From NCBI GenBank assembly GCA_963666565.1, contig OY762911.1:2144001-2208000 (forward strand): a stretch of 64,000 nt of DNA, written 5' to 3'. Position numbers and translations under genes: made by a program. This document shows positions 30,296-38,348 of the stretch, one piece after another. Within the stretch, counting starts at the first letter, position 1. Each line of letters begins with the position of its first letter. Under the pieces are notes generated by a model, which saw only the letters and a program-made list of their open reading frames with translations, did no database searches and was not told the origin of the DNA. Source of the stretch: Thermoanaerobaculia bacterium (GTDB lineage: Bacteria > Acidobacteriota > Thermoanaerobaculia > Multivoradales > Multivoraceae).

Positions 30296-31657
30296 GTGAA
30301 CGACTTCCGTACTCGAACCTTTGCGCTGCTGGGAGGGCTGTGCCTGCTGGTCACCGCGAGCTGCGGCCCCGAAGTTCCGACCGTCAACTTCTCGGTCATC
30401 CTGCCGATGACCGGCCCGGCGGGGATCTACGGCGAGGAGATCGCCAACGGGGTCCAGTTGCGACACGATCGCCTCCTGAACGGAGACGAGGAACTCCCTT
30501 ACAACGTCGTCATCGAGGTGATCGACACCGAAGGCGAACCCCAGCAGGCCGCGTCGGCGCTCGACGCCGCCTTCTCGACCTCGCTGGCGGCCATCGGCGG
30601 CGCCACGAGCGGCGAGGCTCTCGCGATGGTGCCGGTCGCCGACGACGCGGGGCGCGTCCTCGTTTCTCCGTCCGCCTCGAGCCCCGAGCTGAGCGGCGCG
30701 TCGGAGTACTTCTACCGCCTGTTCCCCAGCGCGGAGATCGAGGCGTCGACGATGGCGACCTTCCTTCGCGACCGGGTGAACGTCCAGCGGCTCGCCCTGG
30801 TCGTGGAGGACTCGGCCTTCGGCACGTCGCTGGCCGACTCGGTCGAAGCGGTGTGGGGCACCGAACTGGCCGGCCGGGCGACCTTCACTCCCGCCTCGGA
30901 TCAGAACGCGATGGTGGAGGAGGCCATGAGCTTCGAGGCGGACGGGATCTACGTCGCGGCTTCCGGGGCGGCGCTGGCCGAGGCGATCCAGGCGTTGCGG
31001 CTTGCGGGTTTCGAGGGCCGCGACAAGCGACTGGCGACGAGTTCGTCTCTGAGCATCGAGGCGGTGCTCGACGCCGCCGGACCCGCGGCGAACGGCGTCT
31101 ATCTGACGGCGCCCGTGTTCGACGTCGAGAGTCCGGACGAACCGACGGCTTCCTTCGTCGCGAGCTACCGTGAGAAGTTCACGGATCCGGCCGCCTGGAC
31201 CGCCTACCAGGAGGCAGTGGCGGAGGACGAGCGCGCAAGGACCGCGCTGGAGGGCATGGACCTCGGCAATCCGGGCCTCGCGGCAGCGAGGACGGAAGCC
31301 GAAGCGGCGGTGGAGGCCCTGGCGGCGGCGGGGGATGCGCTGAATACGCCGAGCTACTACGCCGGCCTCGGTTACGACTCGATGGGGGTACTGATTGCCG
31401 CCCTTTCCCAGCTTGAGGCGATCAACGTGCCGAGCGATTTCCTCAAGGGCATGCGGGCCATTCGGGAACTTCCGGGAGTCACCGGCAATGTCCAGTTCCG
31501 CGAGACCGGCGACGTGCAGAAGTTCACCCGCATCTACGAGATCGTCGACGGCAAGGCGGTCGACTTCGAGAAGTACTGGGAAGCGATTCGCCAGGCACGG
31601 CTGCAGGAACTGGAGAGACTCCAGCAGCAGATCGAGCGGATGAACCGGAACCAGTAG
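30296..31657 (+). CDS. Type I periplasmic binding (Leu/Ile/Val-like) lipoprotein
   Basis: Lipobox LVTASC, ILPMTGPAGIYG, GGATSG, SPSASSPELS, GYDSM and PGVTGNVQF. Confidence 0.8.
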   Translation: MNDFRTRTFALLGGLCLLVTASCGPEVPTVNFSVILPMTGPAGIYGEEIANGVQLRHDRLLNGDEELPYNVVIEVIDTEGEPQQAASALDAAFSTSLAAIGGATSGEALAMVPVADDAGRVLVSPSASSPELSGASEYFYRLFPSAEIEASTMATFLRDRVNVQRLALVVEDSAFGTSLADSVEAVWGTELAGRATFTPASDQNAMVEEAMSFEADGIYVAASGAALAEAIQALRLAGFEGRDKRLATSSSLSIEAVLDAAGPAANGVYLTAPVFDVESPDEPTASFVASYREKFTDPAAWTAYQEAVAEDERARTALEGMDLGNPGLAAARTEAEAAVEALAAAGDALNTPSYYAGLGYDSMGVLIAALSQLEAINVPSDFLKGMRAIRELPGVTGNVQFRETGDVQKFTRIYEIVDGKAVDFEKYWEAIRQARLQELERLQQQIERMNRNQ

Positions 31658-31753
31658 CGGTTCGACGGTCCGGCGCCGGTCGCTATACTGGCCCACCGAA
31701 CCTACCGAACGGTCGGCAGAGAGCCCATCCCGTCAACCAGGAGAACCGTTCCC

Positions 31754-33151
31754 ATGTCCGGAATCGTCCGCTACGGCAGCTACGTACCCTTCAACCGCAT
31801 CCAGCGGTCGGCAATGGGCTTCGGCCGCGGCGAGCGCGCTGCCGCCAGCTACGACGAAGACTCCGCCTCGATGGCGGTCGAAGCCTCGCGCGAGGCGCTG
31901 CGCGAACTGCCGGAAGGCGCCGAAGTCGACACGGTGGCCTTCGCCTCGACCAGCGCTCCCTACTCGGAGAAGCTGAACGCGGCCACCCTGCAGGCGGCGA
32001 CGAACCTCCCCAAGTCGGTCACGGCGCTCGACTTCGGCGGTTCGACCCGCTCCGGCCTCTCGGCCCTGCTGGCCGGCCTCGACATGGCGTCGGCGGGGCG
32101 CACGGTCCTGGTCGCCGCCAGCGACGTGGTCGTCGGCGCGCCGAGCGGCCCGCGCGAGTCGGGCGGCGGCGACGCGGCGGCGGCCTTCGTCCTCGGCGGC
32201 AACGGCACGGAACCGGTCGCCCGGCTGATCGGCCGCGCTTCCTGCACGGAGGAGGTGCTCGACGTCTGGAAGAGCCCGGGGATGCCCTTCGCCAAGCAGT
32301 GGGAGGAGCGTTTCGGCGCCGACGTCTACACGCCGCTGCTGGTCGAGACGTTCGGCCGAGCCCTGGCGGACGCCGGCGTTTCCGCCTCCGACCTCTCGAA
32401 GGTCGTCCTCGACGGCACGAACGCCCGCGTCTTCCGCGGTTTCGCGCGGCCCGCGGGGGTCGCTCCCGAGCAGGTCCTGGACGGCCTGGCCGGAACGGTG
32501 GGGCGCGCCGGCGCCGCCCACGCCGGCCTGGTGCTGGCGAGCGCGCTGGACGGCGCGTCGGCGGGCGACCGGATCGCGGTCGCCGTCGTCGCCGACGGCG
32601 TCGACGTCGCCGTGTTCGAGGTCGCCGACGCGATCGACGGCGGCCGCCCGAAGCACTCCGTGGCCTCCTGGGTCGAGTCCAAGCGGGACGACCTGGCCTA
32701 CACGACCTACCTCAAGTGGCGCGAGGTGCTGCCGTTCGAGCCGCCGCGCCGCCCGGACCCGGACCGGCCGGCCGCTCCGCCCATGCAGCGCGCCGAGCGC
32801 TGGAAGTTCGGCTTCCTGGGCTCGCGCTGCAACCGCTGCGGCAACACGAACCTGCCGCCGCAGCGCGTCTGCGTCGTCTGCCAGGCGGTCGACGACTCGA
32901 CGGTCGAGCCCTACGCCGACGGCGAGTGCCGGATCAGCACCTACACCCTGGACCGGCTCGCCTACTCGCTGCAGCCGCCGGTGATCGGCGCCGTGGTCGA
33001 CTTCGACAAGGGCGGCAGGATGCTCTGCCAGCTCACCGACGTCGATCCGGACAAGGTGGGGATCGGCGACGAGTTGGAAATGACGTTCCGCCGCCTGTAC
33101 ACTGCGGGCGGCGTCCACAACTACTTCTGGAAGGCGCGTCCGAAGCGCTGA
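31754..33151 (+). CDS. HMG-CoA synthase-like domain fused to DUF35 Zn-ribbon/OB-fold
   Basis: YGSYVP, DEDSASMAVEA and GDAAAA in the N-terminal part; C-terminal CNRCG..PP..C.VC, LTD and MTFRR. Confidence 0.85.
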   Translation: MSGIVRYGSYVPFNRIQRSAMGFGRGERAAASYDEDSASMAVEASREALRELPEGAEVDTVAFASTSAPYSEKLNAATLQAATNLPKSVTALDFGGSTRSGLSALLAGLDMASAGRTVLVAASDVVVGAPSGPRESGGGDAAAAFVLGGNGTEPVARLIGRASCTEEVLDVWKSPGMPFAKQWEERFGADVYTPLLVETFGRALADAGVSASDLSKVVLDGTNARVFRGFARPAGVAPEQVLDGLAGTVGRAGAAHAGLVLASALDGASAGDRIAVAVVADGVDVAVFEVADAIDGGRPKHSVASWVESKRDDLAYTTYLKWREVLPFEPPRRPDPDRPAAPPMQRAERWKFGFLGSRCNRCGNTNLPPQRVCVVCQAVDDSTVEPYADGECRISTYTLDRLAYSLQPPVIGAVVDFDKGGRMLCQLTDVDPDKVGIGDELEMTFRRLYTAGGVHNYFWKARPKR

Positions 33152-33199
33152 GTCGATCGAGGAGATCGGCGTCGTCAGGGAAACGACGAAGGAGAACCT

Positions 33200-34375
33200 A
33201 TGGCCAGCAAGGGAATCTGTGATCGCGTAGCCATCGTCGGCATGGGCTGCACCAAGTTCGGAGAACACTGGAACCGCAGCGCCAGCGACCTGCTGGTCGA
33301 TGCCGTCCAGGAGGCCTACGGCTCCGCCGGGATCGAGCCGGACAACGTCGACGCCTACTGGCTCGGCACCACCGGCAGCGGCATCTCCGGCCTGACCCTC
33401 TCCGAGCCGCTGAAGATCCAGTACAAGCCGGTCACCCGGCTTGAGAACATGTGCGCCACCGGCAGCGAGGCGATCCGCAACGCCGCCTACGCGGTGGCGT
33501 CCGGCGCCTACGACCTCGTCATGGCGGTCGGCGTCGAGAAGCTGAAGGACTCCGGGTTCTCCGGCCTCACCGGCAGCGCCCCTCCGGGCGACGGCACCGA
33601 GTCCGGCATGACCGCGCCGGCGAACTTCTCCCTGTTGGCGCCCGCCTACGCCGAGAAGTACGGCGTCGATCTGGAGACGATGCGCGACGTCCTCACCAAG
33701 ATCGCCTACAAGAACCACTACAACGGCGCCCGCAACGAGAAGGCGCAGTTCCAGCGCGAGGTGCCGGTCGAGAAGATCAACGCGTCGCCGAAGGTGGCGG
33801 GGATGCTCGGCATCATGGACTGCTCCGGCGTCTCCGACGGCGCCGCCGCGGCGGTCATCTGCCGCGCCGAGGACGCCCACAAGTACAACGACGACCCGAT
33901 CTTCATCAAGGCGCTGTCGTTCGTGGCCGGTCCGTCCGAGGGCGCCAAGCGCCAGGACTACGACTTCACGACCTTCCCCGAGGTCGTGGAGAGCGCTCGC
34001 GACGCCTACGAGCAGGCGGGCATCGAGGAACCGCGCGAGCAGATCAGCATGGCGGAGGTCCACGACTGCTTCACGCCGACCGAGCTCGTGCTGATGGAGG
34101 ACCTCGGGTTCTCGCCGCGCGGCCAGGCGTGGAAGGACACGATGGACGGCCGCTTCGACCTCGACGGCGACCAGCCGGTCAACCCCGACGGCGGCCTGAA
34201 GAGCTTCGGCCATCCGATCGGCGCCTCCGGCCTGCGGATGATGTACGAGATGTGGCTCCAGCTCCGCGGCGAGGCCGGCGAGCGCCAGATCGCCGATCCC
34301 AAGCTCGGCCTGACCCACAACCTCGGCGGCGCCCCGGGCCGCTGCGTCAGCTTCGTGTCGGTCGTCGGCCTGTAG
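33200..34375 (+). CDS. Thiolase family (SCP-x/Ltp2-like acetyl-CoA acetyltransferase)
   Basis: ENMCATGS, DCSGVSDGAAA, EVHDCF and GGLKSFGHPIGASG. Confidence 0.92.
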   Translation: MASKGICDRVAIVGMGCTKFGEHWNRSASDLLVDAVQEAYGSAGIEPDNVDAYWLGTTGSGISGLTLSEPLKIQYKPVTRLENMCATGSEAIRNAAYAVASGAYDLVMAVGVEKLKDSGFSGLTGSAPPGDGTESGMTAPANFSLLAPAYAEKYGVDLETMRDVLTKIAYKNHYNGARNEKAQFQREVPVEKINASPKVAGMLGIMDCSGVSDGAAAAVICRAEDAHKYNDDPIFIKALSFVAGPSEGAKRQDYDFTTFPEVVESARDAYEQAGIEEPREQISMAEVHDCFTPTELVLMEDLGFSPRGQAWKDTMDGRFDLDGDQPVNPDGGLKSFGHPIGASGLRMMYEMWLQLRGEAGERQIADPKLGLTHNLGGAPGRCVSFVSVVGL

Positions 34376-34401
34376 GCCCCGGCTGAAGCGCTGATGCACT
34401 G

Positions 34402-34434
34402 CGACCCCGCTGGGAGACCCGGCGGGGTCGTTTC
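34402..34434. terminator. Hairpin, probably the ancestral terminator between convergent thiolase and aminotransferase genes
   Basis: CGACCCCGCTGG-N-CCGGCGGGGTCG followed by TTT. Confidence 0.55.
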
Positions 34435-34435
34435 G

Positions 34436-34479
34436 TCAGTGCGCTGCCCGCGTCAGCGCCTCGTCCATCGCCGCCAGCG
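34436..34479 (-). pseudogene. Relic 3' end of the class III aminotransferase gene
   Basis: Encodes LAAMDEALTRAAH*, versus LAAMDEALTRAAS* at 42592. Positions 34455-34479 are identical to 42611-42635. Confidence 0.8.
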
Positions 34480-34677
34480 GGCGCCCGGACTGTGACGCTC
34501 GTGGCGCTGGGACGCGCCACGAGGGTGCCGGCCGGCATCGGGCGATGCCGCGCCGTCGGCGGGTGGCCTCGAGGAGGTGCGGCGTAAGGCGCGCCGCCAA
34601 CCGTCCTCAGCCGCTCCGCGAAGGCCTTGGTTCTACCTGACGAGCGCTCCGCTCCGGTGCTGACGTAGGATCGCGTC

Positions 34678-35187
34678 GTGAGCCGTCCCGAGATCCAGTT
34701 CCCTCGGTCCCGTTGCCCTGTCGACCCCGTTGGCGACTCAGGGCATTCCCGCGACCCTGGAGCGCCGAGCGCCGCACCGCACCGATCCCCGGTCAAGCCC
34801 CTGCGCGTCTTCCTCAGCTACGCCAGCGCGCACAAGCCCCTCGTCGACCGCTTCCGCGAAGAGGCGGCGGCCAGCCCTTCCTACCCTTGGTTTCGCGGCA
34901 GCTCTCTCGACGAGCCCATAGTCGACTGGCAGCGGCACGCAGAGCGCCTCATCCGTCGTTCGGCAGCCACCATTTGCCTGGTCGGCGACACCACTTGGCG
35001 CAGCGAACCGGTCAATTGGGAGATCCGCCGCGCCGCGAGTTTCGGGAAGCCGATCCTGGCGATCTCCCTGTACTCCAGTGGGGTCCGTCTGCCCGCCGCG
35101 CTGCTGGATCTCGGCATTCACTCCGTCGCCTTCAATCCGAACTCCTTCTTGCGGAACCTGAGTCATGACAGTTATCGATCCACTTGA
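34678..35187 (+). CDS. TIR domain protein (DUF1863/ThsB-like)
   Basis: RVFLSY, IRRSAATICLVGDTTWRSEPVNWEIRRA (catalytic Glu) and GKPILAI. Start uncertain. Confidence 0.8.
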   Translation: MSRPEIQFPRSRCPVDPVGDSGHSRDPGAPSAAPHRSPVKPLRVFLSYASAHKPLVDRFREEAAASPSYPWFRGSSLDEPIVDWQRHAERLIRRSAATICLVGDTTWRSEPVNWEIRRAASFGKPILAISLYSSGVRLPAALLDLGIHSVAFNPNSFLRNLSHDSYRST

Positions 35188-35686
35188 CGAGGACCTCTTC
35201 GCGGGGCGCGAGCCTGAGGAGGGGCAGGCGCAAGCGCTCCTGGAACAGTACAAGCTGTTCGTCAACACGTCCGAGGCCCTCGTGCAGCGGCGGCAGGGCG
35301 TGAACACCTTCTTCCTTTCCGTAAACTCCCTGCTCCTTGCCGCGGCCGGGCTGATCGTGCGCGACGGTTCGTTGGGCGGCGTGGAGTCCCTGATCCTGAT
35401 CTCACTGAGCGTCAGCGGTGGCGTCCTGTGTCTGGTCTGGCGTAGCTTGATCTCGTCGTTCAGGCAGTTGAGCGCGGGCAAGTTCAGGATCATCCATGCT
35501 CTCGAACAGCGACTTCCCGCCCGGATTTTCAGTGCCGAATGGGTCGCGCTCGGAAAAGGGAAGGACCCGAAGATCTACAAGCCCTTCACGGGCACGGAGT
35601 CGACGACTCCTATCGCCTTCTTGGTGCTTCACTTGGCTCTGCTGGTGGCCGGTGCGTCGAGGGCGCTCACCCCTCTGGCCTCCTGA
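35165..35686 (+). CDS. Small 3-TM membrane protein, resembles the RipA-type octameric membrane protein family
   Basis: LLEQYKLFV....RRQGVNTFFLSVN, two TM helices, W..LI.SFRQL..GKF.II..LEQRLP..IF..EW and a C-terminal TM. Overlaps the TIR1 stop by 23 nt. Confidence 0.7.
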   Translation: MTVIDPLDEDLFAGREPEEGQAQALLEQYKLFVNTSEALVQRRQGVNTFFLSVNSLLLAAAGLIVRDGSLGGVESLILISLSVSGGVLCLVWRSLISSFRQLSAGKFRIIHALEQRLPARIFSAEWVALGKGKDPKIYKPFTGTESTTPIAFLVLHLALLVAGASRALTPLAS

Positions 35687-35704
35687 GGAGGTTCGACCAA
35701 GGTC

Positions 35705-36145
35705 ATGAGCACGCGACGGATCCACCTCTTCATCAGCCACTCGTGGGCGTACTCGGGGCACTACGACACGCTCTGTTCGTGGGTTTTCGAGAGGAGTTGG
35801 TCGGTAGGGCAAGCGTCGCTCGAGTTCTTCGACTTCTCCGTGCCCAAGTACGATCCGATCCACGACGCGGGATCCGACCGGGCGCTCCAGGCAGCGATTC
35901 TCAGGAAGATCGATCGGAGTCACGTCGTTGTCTGCCCGACGGGCATGTATGCGAACCACAGCAAGTGGATCCGGAAGGAGCTGGCGGGAGCGAGGGCGAA
36001 GAGCAAACCGGTCCTGGGTGTCGATCCTTGGGGCCAGCAACGGCGTTCGTCGGTCGTAGGCGGTGCCGCGCGAGAGACGGTCGGCTGGAACGGAAAAAGC
36101 GTTGTGCAGGGCATCTGGAGGTGTTACCTGGACAGAGGCTACTGA
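35705..36145 (+). CDS. TIR domain protein (DUF1863/ThsB-like), second copy
   Basis: LFISHSWAYS, DFSVPKYDPIH, SHVVVCPTGMYANHSKWIRKEL (catalytic Glu), KPVLGVDPWG and VGWN. GAGGAGG upstream. Confidence 0.85.
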   Translation: MSTRRIHLFISHSWAYSGHYDTLCSWVFERSWSVGQASLEFFDFSVPKYDPIHDAGSDRALQAAILRKIDRSHVVVCPTGMYANHSKWIRKELAGARAKSKPVLGVDPWGQQRRSSVVGGAARETVGWNGKSVVQGIWRCYLDRGY

Positions 36146-36317
36146 CGTCGATCAGTACAACCCGCCAACTCTCCCGTTCCCGTGGTCTCGCCAACTACAG
36201 CTGCCCCGGCGGCCCGATTCAGAGAGCGATGTCGGCCACGTTGGCCACGCCGTCAACGGACGCACGTGCGACTCGGTACTGAGGCCGACTTGCCTGCGAC
36301 TCGATCTTCCCCGGGAC

Positions 36318-36359
36318 CTGCGACCTCATGTCCTTGCCGTCGATGACCTTCTCGACGAC
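36318..36359 (-). pseudogene. Relic 3' segment of the type III res gene
   Basis: CTGCGACCTCATGTCCTTGCCGTCGATGACCTTCTCGACGAC versus 38374-38415; VVEKVIDGKDMRSQ versus VVQKVMDGNDMRSQ. Confidence 0.7.
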
Positions 36360-36784
36360 TGCTCGGGCGTTTCTGACGGCTCCGCCGCGGCGGCCATCTA
36401 CCGCACCGAGGACGCCCACAAGTACAACGACGACCCGATCTTCATCAAGGCGCTGTCGTTCGTAGCGGGTCCCTCCGAGGGCCCCAAGCGTCAGGACGGC
36501 CGCTTCGACCTCGACGGCGACCAGCCGGTCGACCCGGACGGCGAGCTGAAGAGCTTCGGCCATCCGATTGGAACCTCCGGCCTGCGGATGATGTACGAGA
36601 TGTGGCTCCAGCTCCGCGGCGAGGCCGGCGAGCGCCAGATCGCCGATCCCAAGCTCGGCCTGACCGACAATCTCGGCGGCGCCCCGGGCCGCTGCGTCAG
36701 CTTCGTCTCGGTCGTCGGCCTGTAGGCCCTGACTGAAGCGCTAGTGCACTGCGACCCCGCTGGCTTCCCGGCGGCGTGGTTTCG
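36357..36784 (+). pseudogene. Duplicated 3' part of the thiolase gene plus downstream flank, with an internal 189-nt deletion
   Basis: Copies 33818-33958 joined to 34148-34434 across a GGAC microhomology; scattered substitutions; no start codon. Confidence 0.9.
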
Positions 36785-37030
36785 CTTCCAATGTCGGTGC
36801 GCCGGCCTTCTGGCCGGTACCGGGCGGTGTTGCGCCGGTGTACTTGTAGCCTCAGCGGCGAGAGTGGCTGCGGTCCAGCCCATAAGTCGAACGACGATTC
36901 GACTGGCGCGGGGCGTGTCCCCGCCATCGGGGAAGCTACAGTGAACCAGATCGTCGCCTCGCGCCTGCCGGACGGGGCGAACGAGCCGCGTAGGGTCCAG
37001 CGACGGTCGAAGATCGCGAGGCCATTACCC

Positions 37031-38182
37031 ATGTCACGTCCCTACATCCTGTTCTGTCCCTATCTTCCCATCATGGAGGCGGTGACTTTCGCTGGTTGGG
37101 AACTCGCGCCGCTGGACTTCTTCCAGGACCGCTGGGCTGACCCTCGGTTCAAGGACACGGCCATCGCGTTTATGGACAGGTTCCTCGACTTGGACCACAA
37201 GCCGATCCAAAGCCCGACCCTCCTGTGCAGGGAAGGGCGGCAACTGGACGGCGAGAAGCCTCCACTGGAGGTGGTCAGGGCACTCCAGCTCGCGTTGGTC
37301 TTCGCGTTCGTCGACGGCAACCCCAGGTGCCAGCCCGGGAACAAGGACCGGGGTTCGGCCATGATGACGGCCGAGAATGCTGACTTGCACGTATGGCCTA
37401 TCAATCTGGAGAACAAGAGCGTCGTCAAGCGTACGGGCTACTTGGTCGAGACGCACACTGCCCAGTACGGTGCCGGCGGTGGCCGCCTGACCCTGAGTCC
37501 GCCGCTCGACCTCCACCTGCCCTCGATGGCGCAGGGCCCGGACCCCTTGGTCTTGGTGGGCCTCTACGAGACGATCCTGCGCTCGCTGCAGTTCCCTGGC
37601 GCGAACCGTGATGGCGAAGCGATTCGAGTCGCTGTTGATTGGTTCGCGAGAGCTTGGCAGAACACCGCCCTGGTCGGATACCCGGAGCGGCTCGTGTACC
37701 TGAAGATCGCTTTCGAGGCGCTGACCGGTACCAGCAATAGCTGGAAGAGTGGCCGCAGGCTGCGAGAGATGTTCGAAGCGGTGCCAGACACAAGGCGTGA
37801 GGATTCGGAACGCCTCGTTTGGTCTCCGGAGGAGAAGCCCGTTCACGAGCGATGCTGGAAGAACAGGCGTGGCCACGCTCGGTCCACACGCATGACGGAT
37901 CTGGAACACTGGTTCATGGAGTTCAGTGATGCGCGGAACCGTATCGTTCACGAAGGCGCGACGCCAGAGCTCACCTACACCGGTCCGAGCCCCAGCTATG
38001 CCGGTCCGTTCTTCTGGACCGCCGAGTTCCTGCTCCGCAGTGCCATCAAGGTGAAATTGTCGGAGATCGGGTATGACAACGTTTGGCGCGGCCAGCTTTG
38101 GAGGCTTATCAGGGAGATCGTGGAGGAGCCGACGGTCGAGACCGTAGAACCTCAGCCTCGATCTGAGGACGACGCGAGCTAG
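37031..38182 (+). CDS. HEPN-domain protein (ApeA/RiboL-PSP-like architecture)
   Basis: C-terminal YLKIAFEAL...DARNRIVHEG (RxxxxH). ATG at 37031; island location. Confidence 0.65.
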   Translation: MSRPYILFCPYLPIMEAVTFAGWELAPLDFFQDRWADPRFKDTAIAFMDRFLDLDHKPIQSPTLLCREGRQLDGEKPPLEVVRALQLALVFAFVDGNPRCQPGNKDRGSAMMTAENADLHVWPINLENKSVVKRTGYLVETHTAQYGAGGGRLTLSPPLDLHLPSMAQGPDPLVLVGLYETILRSLQFPGANRDGEAIRVAVDWFARAWQNTALVGYPERLVYLKIAFEALTGTSNSWKSGRRLREMFEAVPDTRREDSERLVWSPEEKPVHERCWKNRRGHARSTRMTDLEHWFMEFSDARNRIVHEGATPELTYTGPSPSYAGPFFWTAEFLLRSAIKVKLSEIGYDNVWRGQLWRLIREIVEEPTVETVEPQPRSEDDAS

Positions 38183-38348
38183 GCGAGCCTCAGACAATCT
38201 CGGCAGTCAGTTGCTGCCAAGCAGCCGAGACGGGCCGAGAACCGGCGAATCACGGTGCAGGCACTTGCGCCGGGCCGGTCGTTGAGGTGCCCGGGGACGA
38301 GACGCTTCCCGCGGTCCGCGTCCCCGTTTCAGTCGACGTGGTCCGCGG

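Noticed and set aside
36063-36725. 220-aa ORF as a functional thiolase
   Set aside because: Chimera of non-coding sequence, an antisense res relic and a deleted thiolase tail; lacks the N-terminal catalytic Cys region.
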